From: Massalongia carnosa
Lineage: Eukaryota
DNA length: 64,000 bases
Assembly (NCBI GenBank): GCA_965645245.1
Contig: OZ287070.1
Span: 620,001-684,000 of the forward strand
Direction: 5' to 3'
Under the pieces are notes generated by a model. The model saw only the letters and a list, made by a program, of their open reading frames with translations, searched no databases and was not told where the DNA came from. Made by a program: the position numbers and the translations under genes. Positions 11,220 through 24,600 of the stretch are shown piece by piece (position 1 is the stretch's first letter; each line of letters opens with the position of its first letter).

Positions 11220-11416
11220 AGGCTCGTAGAGCACGGATATGAATGACTAATTGCTTATCGAATCATACCCACCATCCGTTAACCTTAAATCCCATCCTGA
11301 GGTACGTAAAGCCAAGAGCTTCCATACACTCTCTCAAAACATCTGATCCCTATCTATTATCTCAACCCCCCCTTTTCCTCCCTTCTTTAATCCAAGAAAG
11401 GACGATTTACAAAACC

Positions 11417-12009
11417 ATGCCACTATCCCCCCCCCAAATCCGCACCGCTTCCGCAATCGGGATCATTAGCGCTTCCTTCCTCTCTGGTACCTAAGAGCCA
11501 TCTCCTTCCCCCTCCCCAATCCGAAACTCTTCCTCATCTTAAAAGCACTCCGCAACAAAACCTCCATACCATATAGTAATATCATGAAAACAGGCAGCAT
11601 CCTCACCTTATCCCTCCTCCAACACTCCTCCTTCCCAAATCGCACGCCTCCCAATCGCCTCCCCGTAAAACAATACAGCCTCTCTACTCTCTCCAACAAC
11701 TCCCTCTTCCTGCTCCGCCTTGTCACGCTCATGGCCTCCACTGCCTTCGCAAGCGCGAGTTACAGCCTGTTCAACACGCTCAATCAGCCGCTCAGCGAGC
11801 GCTTTGCGCTCGCGGCCGTGGTGGTAGGGGGTTGGATGCCGTATTCGTGGGTTGTGGCGTGGGAGGAGAAGGAGGGAAACGAAAGGGAGGAATGGGAGGA
11901 TGGAATGGTAAGGGGGGGAGGGGTGCGTTGGTGGGGGCGGCTAGGTTTGGGGGGGGGGTTGTTTCCGCTTGTGGGGGCGGGGCTGGGGGCGTGGGCGTGT
12001 TTGGGCTGA
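11417..12009 (+). CDS. Small membrane protein, DUF1772/anthrone-oxygenase-like (intron 11487-11593)
   Basis: IGIISASFLSG|SILTLSL N-terminal helix, several hydrophobic segments and C-terminal W..L...LFPLVGAGLGAWA resemble fungal DUF1772 proteins. Sequence is divergent. Confidence 0.55.
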
Positions 12010-14411
12010 GAGGGCGGGGAGTAGAGATTCTTGGGTGTGGGAGTGTAATTTAGTAGAGATAGGAAGTAAGATCTGGAGCTGCTCAAAAAGTGTAGTGTCA
12101 TGAGTGGCTTTATGTTGCACCTTAGGGTTGTATGCACTATGAACCTGTCTACCTTTATCTATCAATTTCCGTCTGACTTAGCTCAATCTAACGAAAGATC
12201 CAGGAAGCGTTCTTTGCCCGGGAACTGATCTGCTGTCGAAGTGCTCCATGCCCCAAAGCGCTCGCTGGCTCGAAAGATTCTTTATATGAAATTATGAATG
12301 ATTAACGATGAACGACCCTTGACTAGTCAATCGTGGAGCTCAATAATGCAACTAAATATAGCGGCTTTTAGGGTAGCTTTTGCTATTCGGTAATTTACCT
12401 TCTCCTCAAATTCTATTTCTTATCCTTATAACCATCATTCTTTAATCTTCGGAAATTTAACATAAGTTACGAAGAAAGGTTCGAAAGGGACCAGAAGGTG
12501 ACTAGGAGAAGAAGCAGAAGAGGAAACGGAAAAGTAGAGACGCAGAAAGGGAAACTTATAGGGAGATAGGCAGATAGAGATACAAAAGTTCAAGAAAGTA
12601 AATATTAGTAAAGAAGAGATGGAAGGGGTCTGGGGTCAAAGGGGATTAAGGGAAAGAAAAAAGTTAAAATATCCTTGACAACGAGAACAACAGAGTAAAA
12701 TGATAGTAACGGAGATTATTAAAAGAAACTTAAAATTTAATAGGTACGCCTATGAGTAAGTTTCCCCTTGATATTCGCTCAATATTCTACCGAATAATGA
12801 AATAGCGCATTTCGTACATCCAGTTAAACCCGTAAAACCCTTCAGCCATTAGCCTTTCTTTTGAAATTGTTTCATTAAACCATGACAGCTTTTCTAGCAT
12901 TTTCTCTATCTCTATCCAATCACCCTCAGTGTTCAATTCTCGATGATTCCTAACTCGTTAGTCTCGAACGCTTGAGACGGGGTGATCAGAGAACAATATC
13001 GTGGGCCTTGGTACGAAATATACGCAAGATCTTCAAATAGAGATACTGCAAGGATCAACGTCTTTGCAAGAGAAAACATCGAACATTTTGAGTCAGGCTT
13101 GCCCTTTATCTTCCCACCGTGGAATATCTGAGCTGGGCAATGCTCCATATCCATGGCTTGAGCACTCTTTAAACTGTTGTTCTAATGCTTATCAAAGGGA
13201 CTCATAACGCTAGCCAATGCGTCAAACACGCAACAGCTCTTGTTTGGGTTAAATGTTATCATCGATTCATTGCAAGACTTGTTTCAAACTTACCCTGATA
13301 TATCTTTCGATGGCTAAGATATTCCAAACTGCCCCTTTTTTCAATAGACATCTACCCAGTAAAAATAAAGTAGAAGAATAGGATATCTCCCAAGCCCATA
13401 TTTAATCGTGGCGATCTTAGGTTCAAAGCATGTTCGTCGCTTCATAGTTGATGGGCCTTTAGTTATATGTTTAGAGACATGACTTTGTATGATTATGTAA
13501 GTAAAATGTTCTTAGAGTTCATTCTCCAAGTAAAGAACGTTACGAAGCTTAGGACTTTGGGCATCCAGACGAATATCTCCCGTAATATGACTTCACCGTC
13601 CTCCCCCTTTTCATTTTACATTTCTCCTTAACCGTGATTTCTAAACTCTGAAACAAGAAGTCTATTCCATACTTATCATATTCGTAAATCAGACAAGTTG
13701 GAGGGAATGCTAGAGTTATAGATACTACATTCCTCTATGTTAAGAAAGGAGATCAAGTAAAGAGCCTGAGAGGTCGTAGGACGAAAAGAGAGGGGGAATT
13801 CACTGACAAGAATATCACAGAAACAAGTTTTGGTAACCTAAAACAAAAATTCTCGTGAAAACTGACCACTTCTCTACCCAAAACCTCTATCGAACGTGGT
13901 TTTCCTGTCTGCAACCAAAAAAACACCCCCTTTACTTTCAACGGGTGATGTTTCTTATGTCCTGTTTCTTTAGTTGTCCTATTCCTGTTGAGGATGGCGG
14001 TGCTTTCTTGATAAGTCGATCTTAGAAGCCCCTAAAGGTTTGGCTCGTGAAAGATCTCATTTTAGTCATGGTTTTCTTCGTTACAAAGGTCTCAGGTGGC
14101 AAGCTTGAATGGAGTTTATAATTTCTCATCCAGTCTTATTTCTTTTCCGTACATGGGCCGGCCTTCGGCCGGTGTCAGATCGGTACAAGAATCAATCATC
14201 ATTTCTTTTCCGTAAAAATAACCCTCAAAAGAGGCCTGATCAAAATCTAATCACAGTGAGCCGATTTGAGTTATAATCATAACAGGTTCGGTTCCAGCCA
14301 GCGGTCCAATGGTGGGGTAGTAGTTATGTTTTCTAGCACGGGATTGTATAAAGTATATCTGTTTCCTGTTAGGTGTAGTCGATTATGGCCAATAACTACT
14401 TGTGTTCGCCT

Positions 14412-14643
14412 CCTTTTGCACCAGCGCTAAACGCGGCCGCTAAATTAGCTTCATAACTTAGCAATCCCGAAATCAAAAATTCACTGCGACAACGATTATG
14501 ATAATGAAGAAAAAATTGTCATTTTAAGAAAGTATGTAGTCAAATTTATAACTATATGAATTGATGATACTAAAAGTTTGAAATAACTACACAAAGTCTT
14601 GTTTTTTTCTTAGCCCTTTTAGTTTTAGCGCTGGTGCAAAAGG
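14412..14643. mobile_element. About 230-bp MITE-like element with AT-rich interior
   Basis: Perfect 20-bp inverted repeat CCTTTTGCACCAGCGCTAAA (14412-14431) vs 14624-14643. No clean target duplication visible. Confidence 0.65.
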
Positions 14644-15049
14644 GGTCAATTTAACGGCTCGATTCTACTTGGCTTCCCTACCCTAAATGGACAGGTACCT
14701 GATATAATTACGTCGCGTATTCTCCCGACCCCCTCTTGACCGTTGATCTCCGTAGGTGAGTCTGGCTCTCATCTCTGAGCTCTTTACAGAGCACACATCT
14801 CTAACGTAGTCATACCTGATTGTGATTCTTCAAGGCATTCCAGCTTGTTTGAACTCGATCTCCGTTTTGAGCACGGATTGCTGGTACTAATAGAGGCAAG
14901 TACCAAGCCCCCCGTTGACCTTTCTAGGTCGAGAGCTGATGAATACCGAAGTGTGCCGTTGTGGATTGCACAATCTAGGCATCCTATTTTTACATCAACG
15001 AATATCTATCATCCTCGTGCGCCATTGAGTGTGGAGCTACCACGTCGAA

Positions 15050-16174
15050 ATGGTCCACATGAACGGCTTTCGGATTCTCGCCGATGTCTCGCATACGGCA
15101 TCGAAGTGTATCCTCATATGGGCCATTCATTTAAACAAAAGCGCCGAAGGTAGCTTCGCTCGCAATATCAAATCAAATTTGCTTCGTTAACCGCCATTAG
15201 GTATATCTCTAATCACTCAGACGTTGTACGCGGCCGTATTCTGTAGCCGCTACCTGGATCTTCTCTATGGGCCCTCAGCTGGGACCCTTTGGAATTTTGT
15301 CCTTAAAATATTCTACATTCTCTCCTCGTTCTATATTATATTCTTGATGATGCGTGTTTATGCGCGGACGCGCGAACGAGAGCAAGCATGGAAGCTGGGA
15401 GCGATGTGCCTGGGAGGAGCCGTTATGGCGGCCCCGTTCGTGACACTTGTTGTCAAAGGGTGGCATTATATATCGATCAGCGAGGTGCGTGTGTCCAGTC
15501 TTCTTATTTACCCCAATCGGCTAATGTTGATCAAGACGTTATGGACATTTTCCATAATCCTGGAATCGGTGTGCGTTTTGCCTCAATTAATTCTCCTACG
15601 ACAGACCACGGTCCCTACTGTAATTGACTCGTTCTACCTTCTAACCCTGGGATCTTACCGGGCTTTCTACATCCTGAATTGGATTCTTCGCGCAGCTCAG
15701 GAGCACCATTTTGAAATCATTGCAGCGGTTTTTGGAACCGTTCAAACGGCATTGTATGTCGACTTTGCGTGGGTCTATTGGACACGACAGCGAGTCAAAT
15801 TACGTAATGGTGGTGTTGTGGACTCGGATGACATTAGCAGAGGTTGGCTACTTAGTCGCGTTTTAGGTCGTCAAGGTGAAAGCCTGGATGAAGAGGACAG
15901 AAATGGGAATTCTACCGGTTCTCCCAGAATGCCAGGCCGAGGTAAGTGGGGAGCTCGAGGTATATCAGTCTCTGCAGACGACGACGTCGAAGACCCCTGG
16001 CATTTGGAGACGGGGGCAACTCACACAGGAGACTCGAAACAAAAAGGCAATGAGTTTGCTGAAATATTGGAAGATGATGAAGATCTTCATGACGACAGCG
16101 GTATCATTTCTCCTGATGATGGAGCAAAGGGAGAAGCGATTGGTTTCAGGCATGGGGGGGCCGTTTTTAATTAA
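15050..16174 (+). CDS. ER lumen protein-retaining (HDEL/KDEL) receptor-like protein with long C-terminal tail (introns 15150-15200, 15485-15535)
   Basis: MNGFRILADVSH, KSAEGISLITQ.LY..VFCSRYLDL, LWTFSIILESVCVLPQL, LGSYRAFYILNW, VQTALYVDF are ERD2-family motifs. Confidence 0.9.
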
Positions 16175-18867
16175 ATATGTTATATACGCTGGTTGTGACG
16201 GTTGGATGGCTTCGCATTCATTATGCCTCAGTTGAACAAAGAGTCTTCAGGTTGGTCCGAATTAACGGGATTGGACATGGGCTTTACCCAACATATGTGC
16301 GCTGTCAAGTTGCTCATACAACGAACCCTTTGTTTCATGAAGCACTCATGATTCTCTAAGAGGCTAGATTCAGTACACAGCCTCCAACGGTGGATCACGA
16401 TTTGCAGATCCATTCTCAGCCTACCATGCTTTTCTGGTAGTGTCTAAGAGCCTTTGGGTGAATTCAGAGCCATCAGCTACCTCGTGCTGCGATTTATATG
16501 GTAGATTGCCGAACGATATATCTGACTGACGATCAGAACGGCATAGGCGCTGCCATGGGATGAATACTTCCGACCACGTTGTCGGGGGTGTTGCATACGT
16601 TTCATACAACATGTGCGTGGACGGCGTCGAAAAAGTGGCTGTTGCCATTGTTACCCAGAATCTTTTCTCTACTAGGATACGACAAGTCAACAAGTCGCTC
16701 TTTGAAGAAGTGTGCACACAAGAGCTAGCGTTACTTAAACGCACGACAGACGCGACAGCACGATCTTAGAGACCGAGCTATCGGGATGCCCTAAATTCGT
16801 ACGTCAAGCTTAATTTGGGCAATACATAGCGATTGGCTGAAAGAATTACACATAAGATCAGTTGATTGAAATAAGGCCAACCGGATATGGCTAATAGTAG
16901 ACAGCTCGGCATCTGGATGAGCTCAATATAGGCATATTTAAATATGCCGCCCCGCATAATTTAGCCTAATTTACATTTTTTTAATATCAATCCTAGGCTT
17001 ATTAGGTATATTTCCTTGCCCAACCCACCTTAGTGCTCCGATGCTAAGACACGCCACGCCTCGAGGGGGCTAAAAGTATTAACAACCACCTTTCACACAT
17101 GGCAAATGCATCCATTCATGACCGAGATGATCATCATTATTTCGTTTAGGTCTCAACAGCTGCACGATCGAGATATTTTGAGTGAGCCGCATCTTTATTT
17201 GTCCATTTACTAGAAAAGAACTTCTTGCAGGCTTGACTCCTCCGTCATTTCACGCCTTAAATTGGTTTAACGGACATGTCCAAGATGATGTGATGCTGTT
17301 CAGCGAGCAATTGGGGTCGATTCTCCTGACGGACCGAGGCTACGCTGGCGACCGTCATGTCTCTTTGCAATCTCAGCATTGTCAGCTGAATAAGAAAACA
17401 GATTAGCAAATCTTGCTGAGCTGATTTCGCCATCTCATCTGTTTCCCATGACGGCAAAGGCTGCTAGTTAAAATGAACTGTAACAGACGTTGTAGTGGCC
17501 GCGAAGATGAGGTTGTTGGTCTTGTTATCAGATTCCATTCCATTGAAAATGATTCCTCATCGTCTTGGGGGCTGGCCCTGTCATCAGTACATGATGATAA
17601 ATGATTCCTGAATCGTTATAAAGATCGCTTGCTGCTCACGCCGTTGCCATGTGGTCAGTGCGACCTGACGTATTTCCTAACTGATCCAAACGATGATAAA
17701 ATATTTTCCGTCTACTAGGCCGTTGACACTTTGCGATGAACGGGATTTCTGCGTCTCGGTAGCTGCCGGTAATGGTGCAGAACTACAATTGGGTAGCGCG
17801 AGCGCCACGGATGGATTGGTCTCTTGATTTGATCGCCCGCCATCTATTTCCTAACCTCTCCAAAGTTAGTCGACCTTTCTAAGGACGGCGCTTAATCGCT
17901 TTCTTTCACCTTCTCGGACTTACTGCTCACTTCCTGGACTGCCATCAGCTGTACAGAGTATGCACAAGTTATTATTGTCGTCCTCCTACCTTACTCCATA
18001 CAGAATACAGAGTACGGAGTCGAGATATGAGAAATAATTTGGGATTCATGCACTTACACACAGTGCTTTCCTTCGCTGCAAGGCCGCATGGTGCCGGTGT
18101 GTCGTCTGTCGGTGGGCTATCTCTGGCCCTAGGGTGCTCAAGCCTCGGAGCCGTCAAGCCTTAAAGCCTTTCAAGCCTTGGTGAAAAGAAAAGAGCTAAT
18201 CCTGGTATCATGGCACAGTGAGCCATAAGGTTCCTTTAACCTTACCCCTACCCCCAGTACTAACTAAAGAATCCTTGGATCCTGAAACATCAGCAAGCCC
18301 TTCTAGTGCCCTAACTCGTCTAACTCCCTCAGGCATAGTGGTCCTTGTGCCCTAGTCGTCCATTCCCCATGTCCCATGTCCAAATGTCATCCTAGCCCTC
18401 TGTACGAACACCTTAGTCCTACACAGGAATACATATATTGTCACTTCGCTTCATGCTCGAACAGTAATAACTCTCACTGCTGTACAGAGTAGCCGGTCAG
18501 TCCGCAGCATCAGGCACAGTCACCCAGTCATCCAATCATCCAATCATCCCAATCGTCCAATCACCCAATCACTTCGTAACCCGATCCATCTTATACCTTC
18601 GCTTCTTCTTGTGCCTCATAGCCTACAGCCTACAGTCAAACGATCTTGATATTACTCCGGGCCCTGTCCTATCCTGTCTCGTTCCCCGTTCTTGCTTGCC
18701 TTTACCCTGGCCTGCATGCCCCCCCTCATCCACTCGCTTTCTACTTAACCCCTCCCCTGCACGACCATTTCTCGTTTAACACGTTTTCGTACCACCAGCG
18801 CTGCTGAGATTATTCCTCTTGCCACATCTTGATGCCACTTTCTTTCGTCGTTTTTTTATAAAGCTTC

Positions 18868-20018
18868 ATGACGCTGGATCCGTTCTATGGTGGTTTAGGT
18901 GTCGATGTGCTGTATCCAAGCCACATCATGAACAGCAATCACTTTTCAGAATCAGAATGGAACTCTCCTCATCTCGTACGTTTCAGGTAGCCTGATGGAC
19001 TATCATCTTTTCAACGCATCGTTTGCATATTTACGGACTCTAGGTGTCCTTAAATCCCAATGACTATGAGACTCAATACGATGCTCCACGGGTTCCGCCA
19101 CCGATCGACATTTCTCCGCTTCCCGGACACGTTGTGTTGTATCCGAGACCGAAGAGTAGTCCCAGCACTTTTGGCCCGAACGTGGAGGATCTCCTGTTCC
19201 CTGAGAATCCGTTCCGGATTAAGCATGATGATTTCCAGCCTCCAATGTTTACCATGTCCCCGGTGCCCTCAACGAAGGCGCCGAGTCCTTACTTTGGAGG
19301 CGACTACCCCCCGCCTAATCAAAGTCTATCCCCGGGCAGACCCGGTCCGATTCCGATTGCTCCGGATCCTGTTGGGCTTCGACAGATGAACGCCTTGAAG
19401 CGAATGCGTGACGAGGAAGAGTATCTTGAGATGGGCCAAAAGCGACGAAAGAGAGCGCCGTCTCAGGCGGGACCAGTAGAGTTAAATGAGGAAGAGCAGC
19501 TTCTTCTAAAGCTGAAAGAGGAAGAGAACCTTCCCTGGAAAGACATCGCCGTTCGGTTTCAAACGGACCTGGGCAAGTCTTACCAAGTGCCAGCTTTGCA
19601 AATGCGTTTCAAGCGGTTACGAGAGCGTATGAGGACCTGGACGGAGACTGACGTATGCTCTTCTTTCCTTTGTTTCACCCCAAATCTGTGGTCTGATCCT
19701 GAGACAGGTTCAAGCGCTCGAACAAGCCTATGACTACTGGGAGAAGTTTCAGTTCGATATCATTGCCGCAAAGGTATGCATAACCCCGAATAGCTCCACT
19801 ACCAGTGCCTGTTCTTATATCACTCCGTATAGATGCTGGACTTTGGATCTTCCGAACGATGGCCAGCCAAATACTGTGCCCGGAAATGGGAGGAGATCCA
19901 CCCAGGAAGGCTTCCATACCAGAGCACCAGCTCCAACCGACTCCAAGATCCATGGAGCACCGAACAGTGCAGTCCGGTGGAGTCCTTGAGTCATAGTCCC
20001 TCGGCCGTTCTAAGATGA
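18868..20018 (+). CDS. Myb/SANT-like domain protein (4 exons)
   Basis: Canonical introns (first 18976-19043) join into one frame. EEEQLLLKLKEEENLPWKDIA.RF...ALQMRFKRLR, a second repeat (WTETDVQAL...FDIIAAKM...KYCARKW), and a KRRKR NLS-like run. Confidence 0.75.
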
Positions 20019-21949
20019 ACGATGTTGCACGACTTTTCCTTCTTCACATGCGATCGGTTGCTTGCCGCGGCCCTTAACCTGGACAACGATCGGGCATCGT
20101 ACGAGTCCGCTTCCGGCGCGGACTCTTGAACGTTTCCATGTTTTCAACTTTGTGTTAGGCGCACCAACGGTGATCTTCTGGTCTCGCGGGTCTGGAAGGC
20201 AGCAAGTTTTCTGTAAAGTGAACCCTTATTTCCTGTGTACAAATTCACCTGTCGCTCATTCTGTATTCATTCGCCCTATCGAGCAAGGTTTATCTCGGTT
20301 TAGAGCGCTGAATATTTGCATAGCCGATGGCGCATACCCTAGTATTAGAAGGCGTTGAGGAGTCGAAGCTGATCAAGCTAAATTTGTATTTACCTTTTGT
20401 ATTCTGTACGGCGCCACAATTTTACGCACATGTTGAACAGAGTATATTGTTTTTAAGCCTCCCAATTTTTCTTCCGTTTGACACAAGCGGGGAGGCAGAG
20501 GATGGTAGGTTTTGTTTACTTCACCCCAGACGATTGTTCCGTTTGCGGACCACTACCCTCCGGTTCGGGCACCCCGAAGCCCTCGTGTCGGGACGCTCTG
20601 AAGCTTGGACGCTCAGCAAATTGGCAACAACCGCTAAACCTTGAATCCTGAAAAGTTAGTCTACGCGGCAGCCGTTTGGGATCTTGAGACCTTGTTGAGG
20701 CACGAGAAGCAACTAAACCATTGCCAAGCTGTCTCTCGTGAATAACTATCAAAACAATCTTCGTGAGATCCTTCGTCTGAACAGCAACTCATGCGGCCGC
20801 TATGTATCCATCGTCCACCCTTGCGCTTCCCTTGAGCCTGACCGCAACGCACCCGATGACCAGGCCGTGACCTGAGGAAGGACGCAGTTCAAAACTCACT
20901 CTGCTGCTCCTAGTTCCTTCCTCTCTGTGGTCTACATCATCGGTCGCGGATCTTCCTAAAATCCTACAGAATAATGACGTAATTGCACCGCAGGGCGATG
21001 AAAATCTCTCGCTCTCTCTGTCTCCCGTGGAAAGCGAATAGGGCCTGAACAGGGTCCCTTATCCCCGGAGAAGTTGATTCGCAATTCTACTTTGGGATGA
21101 AGGAATGGGGCTTGTACATTTACTATGTCGATTTTTGCATGGATCATGATAGACAAGAGGCCGATCGATGACTCAGCCACGCTACGCTTGGGGAAAAAGG
21201 TAAAGCTGACGGTACAGCATAAGTACCTTGGTGAGATTTTGGGAGCGTTGGTTGCGTTTGATCGACGCTCGGGATAGGAATCCTTTCGGCTTCGTGGGTT
21301 CGAAGTAGGAGGATGTTTTAGGGTTTGGTGAAGGCTGTGTTGGGGTTTGATTGGCCGCTCTTTCGCTACCTCGAGGTTTTATTGATCTTGCTTTGTCGTG
21401 ACCTTCTGCCTTTTCAGAAGCCTTATGCTGCATAACTAATTCCCAAAATGGGCAATTAGCTCGGATTAACTCCACTGCGTAAGACTCGAATGCTTCACCT
21501 AGTTGGGACAAGCGTGAAATGGAAGTATGCTTAGCACTAAGCAAATACGATCTCATAGTTTTAACGGTCTCGCGGCCCGCCTGACGCGTTGATTCCAATC
21601 TAGGGAGTAGATCTAACATATGTACTACCCAATACACAGCTATTACTTTATACACGCATACCGGTCCTATCCTCATTTCATGTCGCTTCGTCTTTTTCTT
21701 CGTCATATCCTCTAGCCCTTCCCCTTCTCCGTTGGAACAAAAGCTGTTGAAATTCTCCTCTTGGATGCGAGTCATTGTCTGCAATCTTAATGAGCCAACT
21801 CAAACATAAGAAGCAAAAGGGACGCCCTCCATATCCTCGAGGAAGACAATTTGGGGCCGTGAGGCACGATCATATAAATTTCTTATTTTATGTTCTTTAT
21901 TTACACTTGTCTTTCCCCCTCATGTCGATGTTTCAGAGGAAGCAAATCA

Positions 21950-23600
21950 GCTGACAGCGTGGAAAAAGCAGCTACTGTCTCAAACTATAAGCGTTTTAAT
22001 TAGTCACGTGGATGTAGTCCGGCCTGACCGAAGGATTCCAAGCTATGCAAGATGCAGAAGGACCAGGCTGCCTATCCTGTACATATTCTGCTTCCCCCTT
22101 TAAACCCGAACTCCACGCCTCTATTGACAATCTCTGACGTTTCGTGTCCAGCGGAGCAGGCATCAGTGCTGCAGGCTTGCTGCAGCAGAGCTTACGACTA
22201 GAGTTGGTTGCTAGAGCCAATTCCCTATTCGAAGGCTATCTTAGATGCTTCGGTGAAGGATTCCCACTCGTTGGGTATCGCGATGGGATTACGCGGAGAG
22301 TTTCTCATACAGCGTTCGGCCTGGCTAGAGAGGCCCCTATACGCTGTAGATTTGGGGATGCTTATTCTAATCTGGAACAAGCCGCCTTTTATGTTCTCAG
22401 CAGCAATCATTAGGATCATAGTGTACTGTGGTTAAGCCTTGCAGGATGGAAACCTGAGTCAATAAGGCTACTCAGGCTGCAAAAGGTTGGGAGTTTGATG
22501 ATGAATACACGGTCTCTCTCTCATACACTGACAATGATTTGGGATCTCTGCATACGGAGTTGACTAAGGATGGACATACGTCATGCGGATGACGAGGAAA
22601 AGTAGCAATTTTTTAAATTACTTTTCTTACCAATGGTTGGACGAGACCAAAATTTTCTAGGATAAGGTTTCATGCCTTTCTCAAACGCGAAGCGTCAACA
22701 TTTTTGGCTGCCAACGACAGAAGACTGCTTGCTTTACATAGTCGTCGTCGGGCGATCTTAGTGACGATGGAATCACTATCCATAATAAGGACGGAAGATA
22801 ATTTGTATCGATTATGCCCTTTATACGTTCTCATAAGATCTCAGACCTTTATTGGTTTACTAGCTAATGAAATAGGCTTGAAGTTCTTCACCATTATGGC
22901 GTCGTATTTTCTTCGAAACTAGCTTCCTGGAAGCAAAGAAACCGAGATGTCCGCAATGTGAACTTATACCAAGAACTCCGATTATCGATTTTCCTTGTAA
23001 TAAGCAGCTTCCGATGAGGGAAATTATCTCACTATGGAAGGCCCTGGGTTTCTCCCTGCCTCAGGCATCCTGTTCGTAGCAGTCAACCAGCAGCAATGCT
23101 ACCACGTCGAATTGCAAAGTCACAAGCAAGCGAAGAAGATCTTAGCTATACTGAGGAACTTGTATGGAGACGAGAATATCTCCAATCCAATCACGTTATG
23201 TGTCCATGGAGCGTGGAATCATTGGGTACAACAGCTATTCGAGCTGGGCGCCTGGAATACCACTGATCATGCACTAGAACCTCTAAGCGAATGGGGGTAG
23301 TGCTACTTCGAGGAGAAACACCAAGTAAGAACTGCTTTAGCTTCTTGAACAGAGCATAGTAAAAAGACCAGGCGGTTGCTCAAAGCATCGCGGCTTGTCT
23401 GATAGGGAGTTCTGCTGGTGAAGCAGGCATGAAGGCTTACCTGGAACGACACGTCGGATGGGCGTTACAAACTTTTAGACCAGTGGCATCGGGTAAGAGG
23501 GTGGTCTTCATAGACTCGGATCTCCTTGGGCTGGGTTAAAGTGGCTAGAAATTGGAGGGAGTTACGTAGTTTGGTGTCAAAAATAAGGAGACAGACTGCT
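21950..23600 (+). pseudogene. Possible decayed protein-coding relic
   Basis: Coding-like fragments broken by stops, e.g. ITLCVHGAWNHWVQQLFELGA (weakly ankyrin-like). No intact model. Confidence 0.2.
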
Positions 23601-24600
23601 GCTCTCTCTGGTGTACCGTGTCCCTCGACAGCTGATATACTAAAAGCTTACAGATTATACTGAATATCGGATACTCTTCAAACCACTGCGCCTACAGAAA
23701 GAAGCCTTCAAACTTCAATGTCTTTAAGACTTGAGTTTTATCGTATGTTTTTGCTCAACCCCTAGCTTGATTTGAATATATTCTGTTCATTGTCGTGTTA
23801 TACCGTTTAGCTTCCTTCTAGGCGCTTTCACTACCGCCTTCGCTCTGTTATGATGTTGTTTACACATAATAGCAAAGCTATACAGTATATTTTGCACTGT
23901 ACCTATTCGTCAGTTGGTTTTAACTGTGTGATATTTACATTCAAGGGTGGACAAACTAATCACAAACGACAATAACTCTCGTGTAATCGAGTCATTCACA
24001 AGAGTAATCAAGAAGACAACGCCGTTCATTCAGCTTTATATCTCGATGGCAAATGCTGCAGGAATACCTCGTTTTGGCACCCTCTATTACCTTGCTTTCG
24101 GCTATGTAAATCCAAGCAGTATGGCTTTCCGTTAATACCAAACCCCTTGATTGAGTCAGCGACTTGCCGTTCTCCCTTTTCCTTTGCTGAAGACAGTGGT
24201 GAGAATCATCAATGTAGCTATTCACTAAACACTTTCTTCGTCGTTTTAATTGAACCAGGTGACTAACTGTAATCTAATGCACCCAGACATTCTTACTTCA
24301 GGATATGAATACTCATATATGTTACAGAACGAAGCATGACATCTTAGTTCCATTAGCTTTTCAAAACAAAGACTACTTTCCTTCAACAACGTTTTTTCCT
24401 ATCAACGATCATCTTTAAACCTTATTGACACTCCTGTTTTCCATCCTCAACGAACATTTGCAAAACCATCATCCATCATCATCTTCATATTCATAAAATC
24501 AAACACCATCACCACCGACAAAAAAAACCACCAAGTCATAAAGAAATCAAAAGCAAAAGTGTCTTATTCCCCAGCCATCTGTCCATGAGTCCTTCTCACC

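Noticed and set aside
15485..15535. Apparent 17-aa insertion in the ERD2-like ORF (and an 18-aa one in the Ran ORF)
   Set aside because: Stop-free in-frame introns with normal donor, branch and acceptor signals.
16421..16744. 107-aa minus-strand ORF
   Set aside because: No recognisable motif and a non-ATG start; cannot be supported without expression data.
21182..21784. 200-aa minus-strand ORF
   Set aside because: TTG start, no domain, and no supporting gene context.
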